A stretch of 64,000 nucleotides of DNA from Vicugna vicugna (taxonomy: Eukaryota): assembly GCA_013265495.1 (NCBI GenBank), contig MU063601.1, positions 1,054,001-1,118,000 of the forward strand, read 5' to 3'. This document shows positions 13,031 to 23,345 of the stretch, piece after piece. The notes under the pieces are model-generated. The model was not told the origin of the DNA and made no database searches. It saw nothing but the letters and a program-made list of their open reading frames with translations. How positions within the stretch are numbered: the first letter of the stretch is position 1; each line of letters starts with the position of its first letter. A program made the translations under genes and the position numbers.

Positions 13031-13699
13031 TCTCCCTGAATTTTCCCCTCGTCATCTGTTGTGCCCTCATTCCTGTCAGTTGTGACCCTTCCCCGCAGTG
13101 ACCTTGACCAGCACTTAACCAGATGTGCCAGGAAGTGGCCTGACCCGCCTCCTGGGAGACCTGGGCTTCAGGCCCACCTGTCCCTCGAGGCTGCTGTGTG
13201 TCCGTGGGCAGAGTCCTCCTCCCTCCCTGGCCTCAGCCTCGCCATCCGGACACTGAGATTTCCAAGGGAACATCCTCCCTCCTGGTCTCTCCTTTGACCC
13301 CAGCTCTCAACCGCTCAATTTGACAAAGCAACCCAGTGTCCTCATCTCACCCTGCGGAGGGGAGGGTACCTGGAGGTGGTTTGGTGGCGCTGAGAAGCCT
13401 GGCACATCCACTGTTTGCATCTAATTACTCTGATAATCTGTTTATTGCCTCTTTAATTCCCTCTGCAAATTCCCATCGCCATTACCGGGAGAAATTGGCT
13501 GGCGCCGGCCTGGACTGTGAAGCATGGAGGGACCGTGATGGTCCATCTAAGCCTCCCACACCCTGATGTGCTCACAAAGCCTGGCCTCTGAGAGGTGCTG
13601 AGAGAGCGGAGGGCAGAACGCCTGCCTTCCCTGGTGTCCTGGGACCCGGGGCTCTCAGGCTTGGCCCCACTCTGACCTCTGTGGGTCTTGGACTGCAGA

Positions 13700-13850
13700 A
13701 GGGGCAATGTTGCTGAGTGGTTAGAATTCAGACTCTGGAGCCCAGGGGCCCTGGGTCCAGGTCCCAGCTCTGACACTTCCTCACTGTGTGACCTCAAACA
13801 ATTTCCTTCTGCTCTGGGAAACTCTTGTTTCCTCATCTCTAAAATGGGGC
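13700..13850 (+). mobile_element. MIR SINE
   Basis: gagtggttagaattcagactctggagcc...cccagctctgacacttcc...gtttcctcatctctaaaatgggg. Confidence 0.85.
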
Positions 13851-13854
13851 TTGC

Positions 13855-14315
13855 TGTCTGCCCAGCTGCCTTCCCTCTTCCTGGTATCTGCCTCCTCCCA
13901 TCCTTTTCCATGTGACAGTGGAAGGGGCTCCCACGGTCTTACTTGTCCCTACTGCCACCACAGCCACTCACTGGTAGACAAAGATGGACACCTGACCACA
14001 GCTGAGCCAATCTGTGCCCCCAGGACTTTGGCCACAGTGGTGGACATCTGACCCACTGAAACTGCAGTGAGAAAGTTGGTCCCTCTCTGCTGACTGAAGA
14101 TGTGTTTTCAACAATGATTGGGCCTGGAGTTTTCAGCCTGTGGAAGGAGCCAATGCAGAGGCGAGAGGCAGAGCCCTGGAGACCTCTGAGCCCCGGTTCC
14201 AGCCTCCCGTGGGGCCTGATGCCTCTCATTCCCTTCACCCTGAGAATGCCCTCTTTGGTCTCAGCCGGGGCAAGCTGGATTTCTGTCACTTTAACCAAAC
14301 CAATCCTGAAAACCC
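13855..14315. mobile_element. old MaLR/ERVL LTR (MLT1K/LTR33-like)
   Basis: cacctgaccacagctgagccaatc...ggccacagtg...ggagccaatgcagagg...ggatttctgtcactttaaccaaac. Confidence 0.6.
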
Positions 14316-14979
14316 AGGATTAATAGCAATTGCTTCCCACAGGCTGTGTGAGGAGGTAAGGTAATTCAGTGCCAGCCATGGGACACAACTCTGGGCTTGG
14401 GGAGGGTGGGGTGAGGTACAGGGGGTGGTTCCCATTACCCTGATCCTTAATATCTGACCCCATTAGCCTGGGTTTCTCTTAAGCTCAGAACAGTCAGCAT
14501 TCTCTGGGTCTGATTAGGACCTTCACCTCCTTCAACTTGGATGCTCAATCTTTACTAATAGAACCCAGCAGAGATAAGGCACAGAGGGAATGACCTCAGT
14601 TTCTGAGGAGTGGAAGGTACTAACTCTAAGGTCTTGACACAACAATGCTACCTGGCTGAGCAGTCTGGGGAGGCAGGAGCCATGGAAAGGGCAAGGATTT
14701 GGGTGGGCAGATGTGGCTATGAGATCTGGTTTTGACATGCTATACTCACTCAGTTTTTCTAGGCATCTGTATCCTCATCTTCCAAATAGGGATGGTAGCA
14801 GCCCTTTCCTTTCGTGTGGTACAGATCAGATGAGGAAAAGAGGGGAAGTGGCCTTATCTTTAGGCTGGGCACACGTGAGGGGCAGTTGTTGGCATTGGGA
14901 GGGCAATGGCTGGGGGCCAAGTCTCGTCTTAGGAAGTGGCCCAGGGCAGATGGCCTTTGCGTTCATCTGAACACTGGCT

Positions 14980-15200
14980 CCTTCCTTCATTCATTTGTTC
15001 ACAGATAACGCATTGAACACCTACCAGGAGGTCATGGTACCAGCTCTGGGCAAACCTGGTCACATGTGCCTGCTCTTCTGGGCTCAGGGATGGGCAAGAA
15101 GGGAATTCCCACAGACAGAACAGAGAACAGTACTCCAGGAAGCATGTGGTTGTAGGGCTTGGAGTGGCTCGTGCTGGGGGGATCTGTAGGAGGAAGTAGT
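14980..15200 (-). mobile_element. L2 3' end
   Basis: ttcattcatttgttcacag...attgaacacctaccagg is the reverse-strand L2 terminus. Confidence 0.65.
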
Positions 15201-15526
15201 TGGGACTGGGAAGAGATGGAGAATCAGGTTGGATGAATGAGTGGGTGTATCAGGAAAGAATTCTGCTGCTCCTGCAGAGGCCCAGGGTACCAGGAGACGG
15301 GGCGTGCATGTGCCCTGAGGACAGAAGAGCACCTTCCTCATCTTCAGTCCCCACTGGCTGCTGCCTGCACTGCACAGCTCTCCAGAGCTGCGGAGGAGAG
15401 TGACTGGAAATGAGCTCCCCTTCCAGCTGCCCTCTCGGAGGAAGTGCTGCCTTAAGCTCTCTGGATTTGTAAAGGGACGAGACTTCGAGGCAGACTCCTG
15501 GGCCACTTCAGAAGGAGGAGTGTTCT

Positions 15527-16136
15527 TGGTACTGAACCACGCTTGGGTCCATTTGCCCTGCAAAGCCAATCTATTGACCCCGGGCTGTGGTACAGGGAGG
15601 AACAGCATTTACTGCAGGGGGCCAAGCAAGGAGAAGGAGAGGCTCACGTTTAGAAGACCCAGACTCCCAACGGTGTGCAGGGCAGGGTGTCGTGTGCGGG
15701 CGGCGGCTGCAGGGTGTGTGATCAGCTTCTGTGCAGTTCTCTGATTAGTGGGCGGTGAGGCAGCAGGCTGATGTTTTGACGAGCTCAAACATCAACCTTC
15801 TGGTACCAATGGATCTGGGGTCTACGTGCCGGTGGTGAGCATGCAGTTAACGTCCTCCACCGGGTGGGGGTTTTAGTATGTGCAAAACAACTCAAAGATG
15901 TGGCTCAAGATAGTATCTATAGCCCTTGAGGAGGAACTAAAGGTTCTTGACTTTGTTTTATGGCTAAACTATTATTATTTTGTCTTACTTGACTGCTTTC
16001 CTTTGTTTCTGCATTTTTTCACTTCTCTACTAAATTTGCTCTTTGGCACTCGGGGAAAGCCTAGGAAGCTAAAGGTTTTCTACAAACAAGAGGAGGGGGA
16101 CATGGGGGTCTGTCCACAGGATCCTGCTTGGCTTCA
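15527..16136 (-). mobile_element. ERV1-class solo LTR (cetartiodactyl-type)
   Basis: About 610 bp bounded by TG...CA. Contains catcaaccttctgg...gcagttaac...ctatagcccttgaggaggaactaaagg...ggctaaactattattattttgtc, which I recognise from artiodactyl ERV LTRs. Retains more CpGs than its flanks. Confidence 0.8.
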
Positions 16137-17349
16137 TTTTCTGGAGCAGGTGCTTGGCAAGAGCTCGTTGTGGGAAGAGATGGGCCTGAGGTGAAACTGG
16201 AAACAGGTGGCTTCTCCCCCTGCAGACTCACTGGGAGTTCTCCTTGCCTGGTAACTGAGAGCGCCCACCCCAGGGTGGCTGGGGATGGCCAAGGCAGGCT
16301 GAGCAGCAACTGCCACCGGGTTGTTTTGGGCGTTTTCGCTGGGCCTGGCCTCGGTGGGTCCCACAGCTCCCCTGATCCTGGATAGAACCTGGTCTGGGGA
16401 GATGGAGCCTCGGCCAGCCCAGCATGAGCCCAGAAGAGGCCTTTGATTCATGAACCACTGGATTTAGGTGGATTTAGCAACTAGGTTTCCAATTGATTTC
16501 CAGGGGGAGGGAGGATGGATTTACAGCTCCTAAAACAGGCTTGTAGCCACTCTGCACATCTGCACCAGGCTGCGGGCAGGAAGATATTGACGTGACCTAG
16601 GACCTTGGGAGGGAAAGATAACGAAGTTCAGAAAATCCATCCATGTGGGGTTCCTCCTGGGGCCCTTGAAGATGCACCTCCTTCTTCTGATGCACGTGCA
16701 CAGCTCTGCAGGTGCCGAGGGGAGAGGATGGAGAGGAAGGGGTCCTTCTCCCATCTCCATCCCACTCTCGGAGGAGACACGGGCTTTGCAAAGGGGTTGA
16801 AGTCTGTAGAGTTTCCAACAAAGTTCAGAACTCTGGGTCTCTGGAGCCCTGGGGGCTGGCTGCCCAGCCTGTCCTCCCGCTGGCCCCAATGGACCTACTG
16901 TCCCTGCAGCCCCCTCCCCTCAGCTGGAGACGGGGGAAACTTCCCTCTGAGGACAGTTGCGGGGTGAGATGAGGTGTAAAGAGAGCAGCACAGCCCTGGC
17001 CCGGACACGACAGAGACAAATCGAAGAGTGACTCTGACAGCCATTGTCTGTGTGATCCTGCACATGGCTTCGCCTCTCTGAGCCTCAGTTTGTCCCTCTG
17101 TGAAGTGGGAGTAGAGTTGTGGTCATGATTAAAAGGGACAGTGCAGTTCAATGCTTAGCCCTGTGTTGGGCCTGTGATCAGTTGTCATGGATCTTTTTAC
17201 TGACCCCCTTCTCCTGAGTGGCTGGCACTGTCTGGGCAGAAGCTGCACTCCTGGCCCTGTGCCAGCATGGACAAGAGCAAGGACTCCAGACTCCTCCCCC
17301 TCACCTCCATGCTGGTCAAGCTGGAAGATGGAGCAATCCCCGCGCTGGT

Positions 17350-17455
17350 GCCTGGAGAGGGCGTCCAAACGCTGAGTCTGAATCCTGGCTGGGCCACAGG
17401 TCATGTGCCCTCTCGCACCTCAGTTTCCTCATCTGTAAAATGGGGAGGATGATAA
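17350..17455 (+). mobile_element. MIR SINE (partial)
   Basis: cctcagtttcctcatctgtaaaatgggga is a perfect MIR core. Confidence 0.85.
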
Positions 17456-17459
17456 TGAT

Positions 17460-17690
17460 GGCAGATATTACCAAAAACTATTCTATGCCAGGCTTATTGT
17501 GAGTGCTTTGCATATATTAAATCATTTAACACTCACAGCAACCCTATGAGGTCAGTACTTTTATTATCTTCCCATTTTACAGTGAGGAAACTGAGGCTCA
17601 AGAGCATGAAAGCAGCTTGGCCAAGGTCACACACAAGCAGGCATGTGAACTCAGGTCTCTGACTCAAAGGTCCAGGAATAAATGTTACAA
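17460..17690 (-). mobile_element. MIR SINE (near full length)
   Basis: tatgccaggc...gctttgcatatattaaatcatttaac...accctatgagg...cccattttacagtgaggaaactgaggctc. Confidence 0.9.
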
Positions 17691-18456
17691 TAATCAGGAT
17701 GAGTGGCCCTGAACGGCTGGTTCAGTGAGATGGATGGGCTGAGCTCAGAGCTGGGGTGACGGTGGGGACCTGGGTGGTCCGGGGGACTCCTCGGAGGTGA
17801 TGCACTGTACTCAGGGCTAAAGAGACCGGCTGGATTAGGGACACATGTTACAGAGGCAGTGCTGGAAACAGAGCTCCATTCACCTGAACAGAGGCCATGG
17901 GGATCCAGACTGTGAGTCCAGGTGTAGGTCTCACCCTGGGGGACACTGGCAGGTACGCATGTGGCTGGAAAATGCTCAGACCCAGCCGCAGGCTCGGAGG
18001 ATTTCCAGCTATCTTTTGTTACCACATTAGCTAGTTTCTGTCTCTTTTGTTAGGAAGGCGCACATTTCCTCATATTTCAGTATTATTGTCTATCAACGTG
18101 ATGTCTTAGATCCTGTAATTGGGGGAAGAGTTGAGACTTTCCTCCTCTGCTATTACTCAGTTCTACGGACTCATCCTACCTCATTATTTAACAAGTGATA
18201 TATTTTCATGAACTTTCATTGATTTCCAGATAGAAATATTTCTTGATGTTTTTCAAAAATGAGAATCCTGTTTCACGTGTCTTAGCCTCAGGTTGGAACA
18301 CTCGGGCCTGTTTTATTGTAAAAAGCAGCATCAGTGCTTCCCTGGGGACGTCTGTGACCCCCTCCTGGGGTCCTCACTGGGGACCCCAGCACCCAGCACA
18401 TGCCTGGCAGAGACCCCACGTCTGTGCACCCCTTCCTGGGGTCCTCCCTGAAGACA

Positions 18457-18516
18457 TGAGTTGACACCTGAGGTGACACGTGAGGTGACATGTGAGGTGA
18501 CATGTGGGAAGACAGG
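18457..18516. repeat. 12-bp minisatellite, about 5 copies (TGAGGTGACATG)
   Basis: tgagttgacacc tgaggtgacacg tgaggtgacatg tgaggtgacatg tgggaagacagg. Confidence 0.9.
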
Positions 18517-18789
18517 GTTCCAAGTAGGTGGGCAGCAGCCGCTCCACACACACCAGCCCCTCTCTGTCCTCAAGTGGATCCCTCGCTGGATTGAGAGAGC
18601 ACGTAGATTCCTCAGGGAGAGTCAGTAGTGCCCTGAAGAGCGTCTCTTTACTTCCTTTGTGTGATGTCAGCAAGCATTCATTGAGCACCGCTGTATGCCA
18701 GCCCTGTGCTAAGCCCTAGGCCCAGAGAATGTTCTGACTGTGAATTGGTCATGTCCCTCCCTTCCTGGCCCCTTCAGTGGCTTCTCCTT

Positions 18790-19260
18790 GACCCCAGGAT
18801 CAAGTGCAGGCCTGTGTGGTTTGGCCCTGCTCACCACTGCCCACCTCTTCCCTCCCTCTGCTCTGCTGTTTCTCCCAAGGCCTTTCCTGCCACAGGACCT
18901 TTGCACATGCAGTTCCCTCCACCTGGAATGCCTTTTCCTGTCTTCCCTTCACTTGGCTGGACCCTCTCATCTTTGGGTCTCAGCTTAACTATGACCATCC
19001 CACCCCAGCTGCAGACCTGGTACCTCTCCCCCGTGTCTTCTCCTAACTTGGTTGTTCCCCTGGTTCCACTCAGCACCATCTGTCATTCTTTTCTTGGGTG
19101 TTTGCTGGAGCTGACTGTCACCCTCACTGGTCTGTGAGCTCCAGGAGGGGGAGGGCAGGGGCTGCATCAGTCCTGCTTCCAGGATATTCCCAGCACCCAG
19201 CACATGCCTGGCAGAGACCCCGTGTCCAGGGGCTTCTTTGTTGCAGGGATGAGTAAACAG
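18790..19260 (+). mobile_element. L2 3' fragment
   Basis: cctttgcacatgcagttccctccacctggaatgcc...tgtgagctccaggagg...cccagcacccagcacatgcctggca. Confidence 0.85.
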
Positions 19261-19479
19261 AGAGGAGCAAGGAGCCCAGACACTCTCGGGTGGTCTGCAC
19301 ATTGTTATGGCCCTGGTCTGGGTAAGTCAGAGCCCAGGGAGCCGGCCTCCTGGATGCTGGCAGGACCTTCTAGCCCTGTGACTGCGGTGGTGTGGAGAGA
19401 CTGTCCCACAGGGACTGGCATCCTTGGGGGCCTGGGGGCTGGGGTGCACTTCCTGGGTGACCTGGTTCCAGCCATGGCA

Positions 19480-19835
19480 TCCCTCGGGAGGCCGGCGCTA
19501 CACTGCAGTAACCAATGACGGCAGCATCCCCGACAGGAGAGGAGGTCCCCCATTCTGCGCTGCTGTGCCCAGGGCAGGGTGCTGGCTCTGCTCACCGCAG
19601 ATGCCCCGGGCTGACGCGGGCTTCACCTCCATGTGGGCTTTCCGCAGTCACTGTGCAGTTGGTGCTGGCTCTTAAAGCTCCATCCCGGAAGTGACAGACG
19701 CTGTAGCCTCTCATGGCTCATAGGCCAGAGCAAGTCACAGGCCACATCTACCTTCAAAGGGCCAGGAAGGGCAGCCCCACCTGGAGTCAGGAACAAGGGA
19801 GCTAGAGATGTTGGGGACAGCACTGAAGACACTCA
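19480..19835. mobile_element. MaLR LTR (MLT1I/J-like)
   Basis: ataggccagagcaagtcacaggccacatctaccttcaaaggg...gatgttggggacagcactgaagac. Confidence 0.7.
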
Positions 19836-20285
19836 TGTTTGTCCCCTGCTGGGCTGAGAGCCCCGGGGGAGGGCCTGTGTTGTGGCCCCTTGGTGCCTCC
19901 CAAGAGTGAGCTCCGAGCGGGTGAAAGCAAATGCCCTTCAGTTCAGTTCAGCAAATACTTTATACCCAGCCCTGCACTAGGGGTGGGGGTCCAGGACACA
20001 GCCCCCGCGGGACAGGAGTCACCAATCCAACGTACTGTGCACAAACCTTCCTCTCTTGAACTCCGGCCCAAGGCAGTGATGATGGGGGTCCACATGCTCC
20101 AGCTCAGCAGCAGGGCCCCTCTGTGAGCCAGCACCTCTCTCCTGGCCTCAGGAGGATGAGCTATTGTTATTGTTATTGTGACAGCTCTCACGCCCCAGGC
20201 CCCCACACTGGGGTCTCTTAGCCCTGGTCTAGGGTCCTCTGTGACCCCTTCTTACTAGGCCCCCTCCCACATGAACTCAGAAGGC

Positions 20286-20466
20286 ATCTGGTTCAGAAGA
20301 CAGGGGCGATTTTGCCCCTCGGTGGTGAAGTCTGGGGACATTTTTGATTGTCACACTGGCGTGCTGGTGCGGGGTATCCATCTAGCACGTGGGGGACAGG
20401 GATACTGCTGAGTGCACGGGACAGTCCCCACACCAGAGTCAGAAGTGCTGCTGCTGAGAAGCCCCA
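20286..20466. mobile_element. MER20-like hAT-Charlie MITE
   Basis: ggggcgattttgcccc...tctggggacatttttgattgtcaca...cagggatactgct...gggacagtccccacac...gagaagcc. Confidence 0.85.
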
Positions 20467-21944
20467 CAGGACTTTCAGAGAATGAGGCTCAGGGAGGGGG
20501 GCAGTGACCTACCCAAGGTCATGCAGCACATCGGTGGCAGGTCCGAGATGACGGCCAGAGCCCCTGACTCTGGGTCATCTGGCCGGAGGACTAGGCTCCA
20601 TGGTCTTGGGCCTCGATGCAGAGTGGTCTCTATTGTCTCCAGCCCGGCTTTTATTTCTCTCTAAATAATTCCAATTTCAGGAACATTTTTGTCAGTATTT
20701 TTATTCTCCCTTGTCTTCCGTTGTGCTTTCTCTCTGGGTAATCCGAGGCTTGCGGGCGGCTAAGCACGACACGTACATCCTAACGAAATGTAATACAAGA
20801 TAACTGAGTGATGGACTAATCTCCCTGACACAGCCCTGTTTTCTCTTTGCTCTGAACACTTTTTGTCTGAGTTTTTCCTTCCCTTCCCAGAAATCTCAGG
20901 TTCCAGTAGCTTTGTGACACCTGCTCATTGGAGATCTGCAAAAGATCCTGACATTTTAGCCTCTGTCCTGGTGATGGATGCACAGTGTTTCTGAGGAGAG
21001 GGACCTGTCAGCATCTGTGTGGGCCTGGGAGGGGTCTCCACGAGTGATGGGAAGGATGGGGTCCACGAGTGGGATCTGGAAGGGTTTCCTCAGGATGCAG
21101 GGACCCTTTTGGGCAGAGCCAGTCCTGGAGCAGCTGTTGTGGGTGCTCAGTGAGTGCAGGATCTTCGGGGCTGCCCTAGACATGACTATGGACTGTGGGC
21201 TCTGCTCAGGAGCTCAAGAGGCATTGGATGGAGTGAGTTTCCAGTCTCACAGTCTCCGAGGAGCTGGGAGGGGAATAGTGGAGCCCTAAGGTGGAGGACA
21301 CACGAGGCCAGGTCCTACAGGTTCAGGTCAGCTGTGGGGAGCAGCTCTGTTTCCATCCTGAGAGTACTGGGGAGGCCCGGAATGTTCTAAGCAAGAAGTC
21401 TAACAAGAAGACTTCTGTGGTGAACCGCTGTCCCAGGTGCTGACTAGGAAAGGATAATGGGGCAGGAACAGTGGGAGGAGGCTGCAGAAAGCTTCAGATG
21501 GGAGGTGATGGGGTGAGAAGAGACTGTGTAATTGGAGAGAGAGCAACCCAGTTGCTTCCATAGACATTTATTCTATTCATCTCTGTATATTTCATAATAA
21601 TTTCTGGGTGAAAGAATGCTCAGTCTCTCTGCAGACCATCAGAGGTGAGGGCTGGTAGGAGGTGAGTCGGCTGGTGGGAGGTGAGCAGGCTGGTTGGAGC
21701 TGAACAGTTGGTATGAAGTGACAGGCTGATAGGGGTGTGCAGTCTGGCAGGAAATGGCAGGCTGTCCAGGGAATCCAGGACCTCGCAGCTGCCCAAGGGA
21801 AAGGACATGGACAGGAGCTCAGAATGTCCTTGGACAAGGAAGGGGCTGGTCCCAGCTTCATGGTACTGGCGTGCCCAAGGGTGCCTATCTTTGTAGCTGA
21901 CATCCAGCCTGATGATGACACATAAAAGTTACCCAGAAACTCTC

Positions 21945-22090
21945 AATGTGGTGTAGTGGAAAGATTTTAGAATTTAGAGTCAGACAGACCATGGCAGCTG
22001 AGTCCTGGCTCAGCCGCTCACTGTGTTTGACTGTGGGTAGGCACTTTTATCCCTGGAGCCTCTGATCTCATATCTGGGAAATGGGCCCCA
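21945..22090 (+). mobile_element. MIR SINE
   Basis: gtggtgtagtggaaag...ttagagtcagacagacc...gagcctctgatctcatatctgggaaatggg. Confidence 0.7.
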
Positions 22091-22479
22091 TCACCCCACC
22101 TCCCAGAGCTGCCCTGCCTCATCACCTGCTCACTCTGGACACTGGGTGACTGTTTTGTTGTCTTTCCCAAGAGCCCTGAGAAGTCTCCTCAGCATCAGAA
22201 TGGTCAGTTTGTCTGTCCCTAAAGGACTTGATGAGAAAGTCACTCATTCTGAGGGACACAACCCTTTGGGCCTCAGAAGCTGCTCAGGTTTCCAGAAACC
22301 CTTGAGAGATGCAACCGTCCCTGAAGTCTCACCCCAAGGCCTCTGTGAGCTGGTGCCCCATGGGGCCTGGGGGCAGGAGTCCAGGAGCAAGGTGTGGATC
22401 TCAAAGGCGGTATGTGGTGAGGGCTCGGTAGCTGGGGTGGAGCAGGAGGGATGGAGGTATTGATAACAATAACAATAGC

Positions 22480-22580
22480 TAACAGATTTCCATTTGCAGA
22501 TGAGGAGACTGGGCACAGAGAGGTTAGGTACTCTGTCCAAGGTCACACAGCTGAGGTTTGGACCCAGGAGTTCTGGCTCC
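22480..22580 (-). mobile_element. MIR SINE
   Basis: ccatttgcagatgaggagactgggcacagagaggttagg...ccaaggtcacacagct. Confidence 0.85.
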
Positions 22581-23119
22581 ACAGTCGGTCTCCCAACCAT
22601 GAACCTGAGGAGGGAGAATGTGGGTGAGGAGCACCCAGGGAGCCCTCAGCCAGCCTGGCACACTCTGTGGTTGGTCCAACTTCCTCCAGGCTCCAGGTGG
22701 AAGGTGACAGGCCTGGGGCAGCAGCTGACAAGGCCCCCAGGTAATTGATGAAGACAGAGCACCAGGTCTCTCTGAGGGGAAGGAGCTGTTCAAGGTCATA
22801 ATCTTAGCGAAGGGGAGGGGTTGGGGGGGTGGGCATTAAACTGATCTTGGTGCAGCTCATACAAATCTGCATGTCAGGCCTGTGAGTCTCCGGTTTAATG
22901 GGCCTGGAGATGCCGAGATGGGGAAACCTGAAAGGGAGTGGGGCCCCACCTGGCTTCACCATACGCTGGGGTGACATGGAGCCTGAATTTACCAGGGAAG
23001 GGGAAGGGACTGACCCCAGGCAGTCATGAAGGGGCGAGAGGTCACTGCTCAGGATCAATACTGCAGGATCTGCTAGCCCCAACTTGGAAAGAAAGTCAGA
23101 TCTGAGCCAGTGTGGGATG

Positions 23120-23345
23120 CCTGGGAAAGGCACGTGGAAAAAGCGTGAATTTTTGTCGCCAGTCAGACTGGGTTTGTGCCCTGATGTGACCTCTGCTAGC
23201 TGGGTGACTTTTCACATTACTTTACTCTCTGGGCCTCAGTGTTTTCATCTGGAAAATGGGGCCAATAGCAGAACCTACAGCAGACCAATAGAGTAAATGA
23301 GAAAACAGAGGGAGAGCTCAGCACAGGGCCTGGAAGACAGGCCCA
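23120..23345 (+). mobile_element. MIR SINE
   Basis: agtcagactgggttt...gggcctcagtgttttcatctggaaaatgggg...gctcagcacagggcctgg. Confidence 0.75.
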
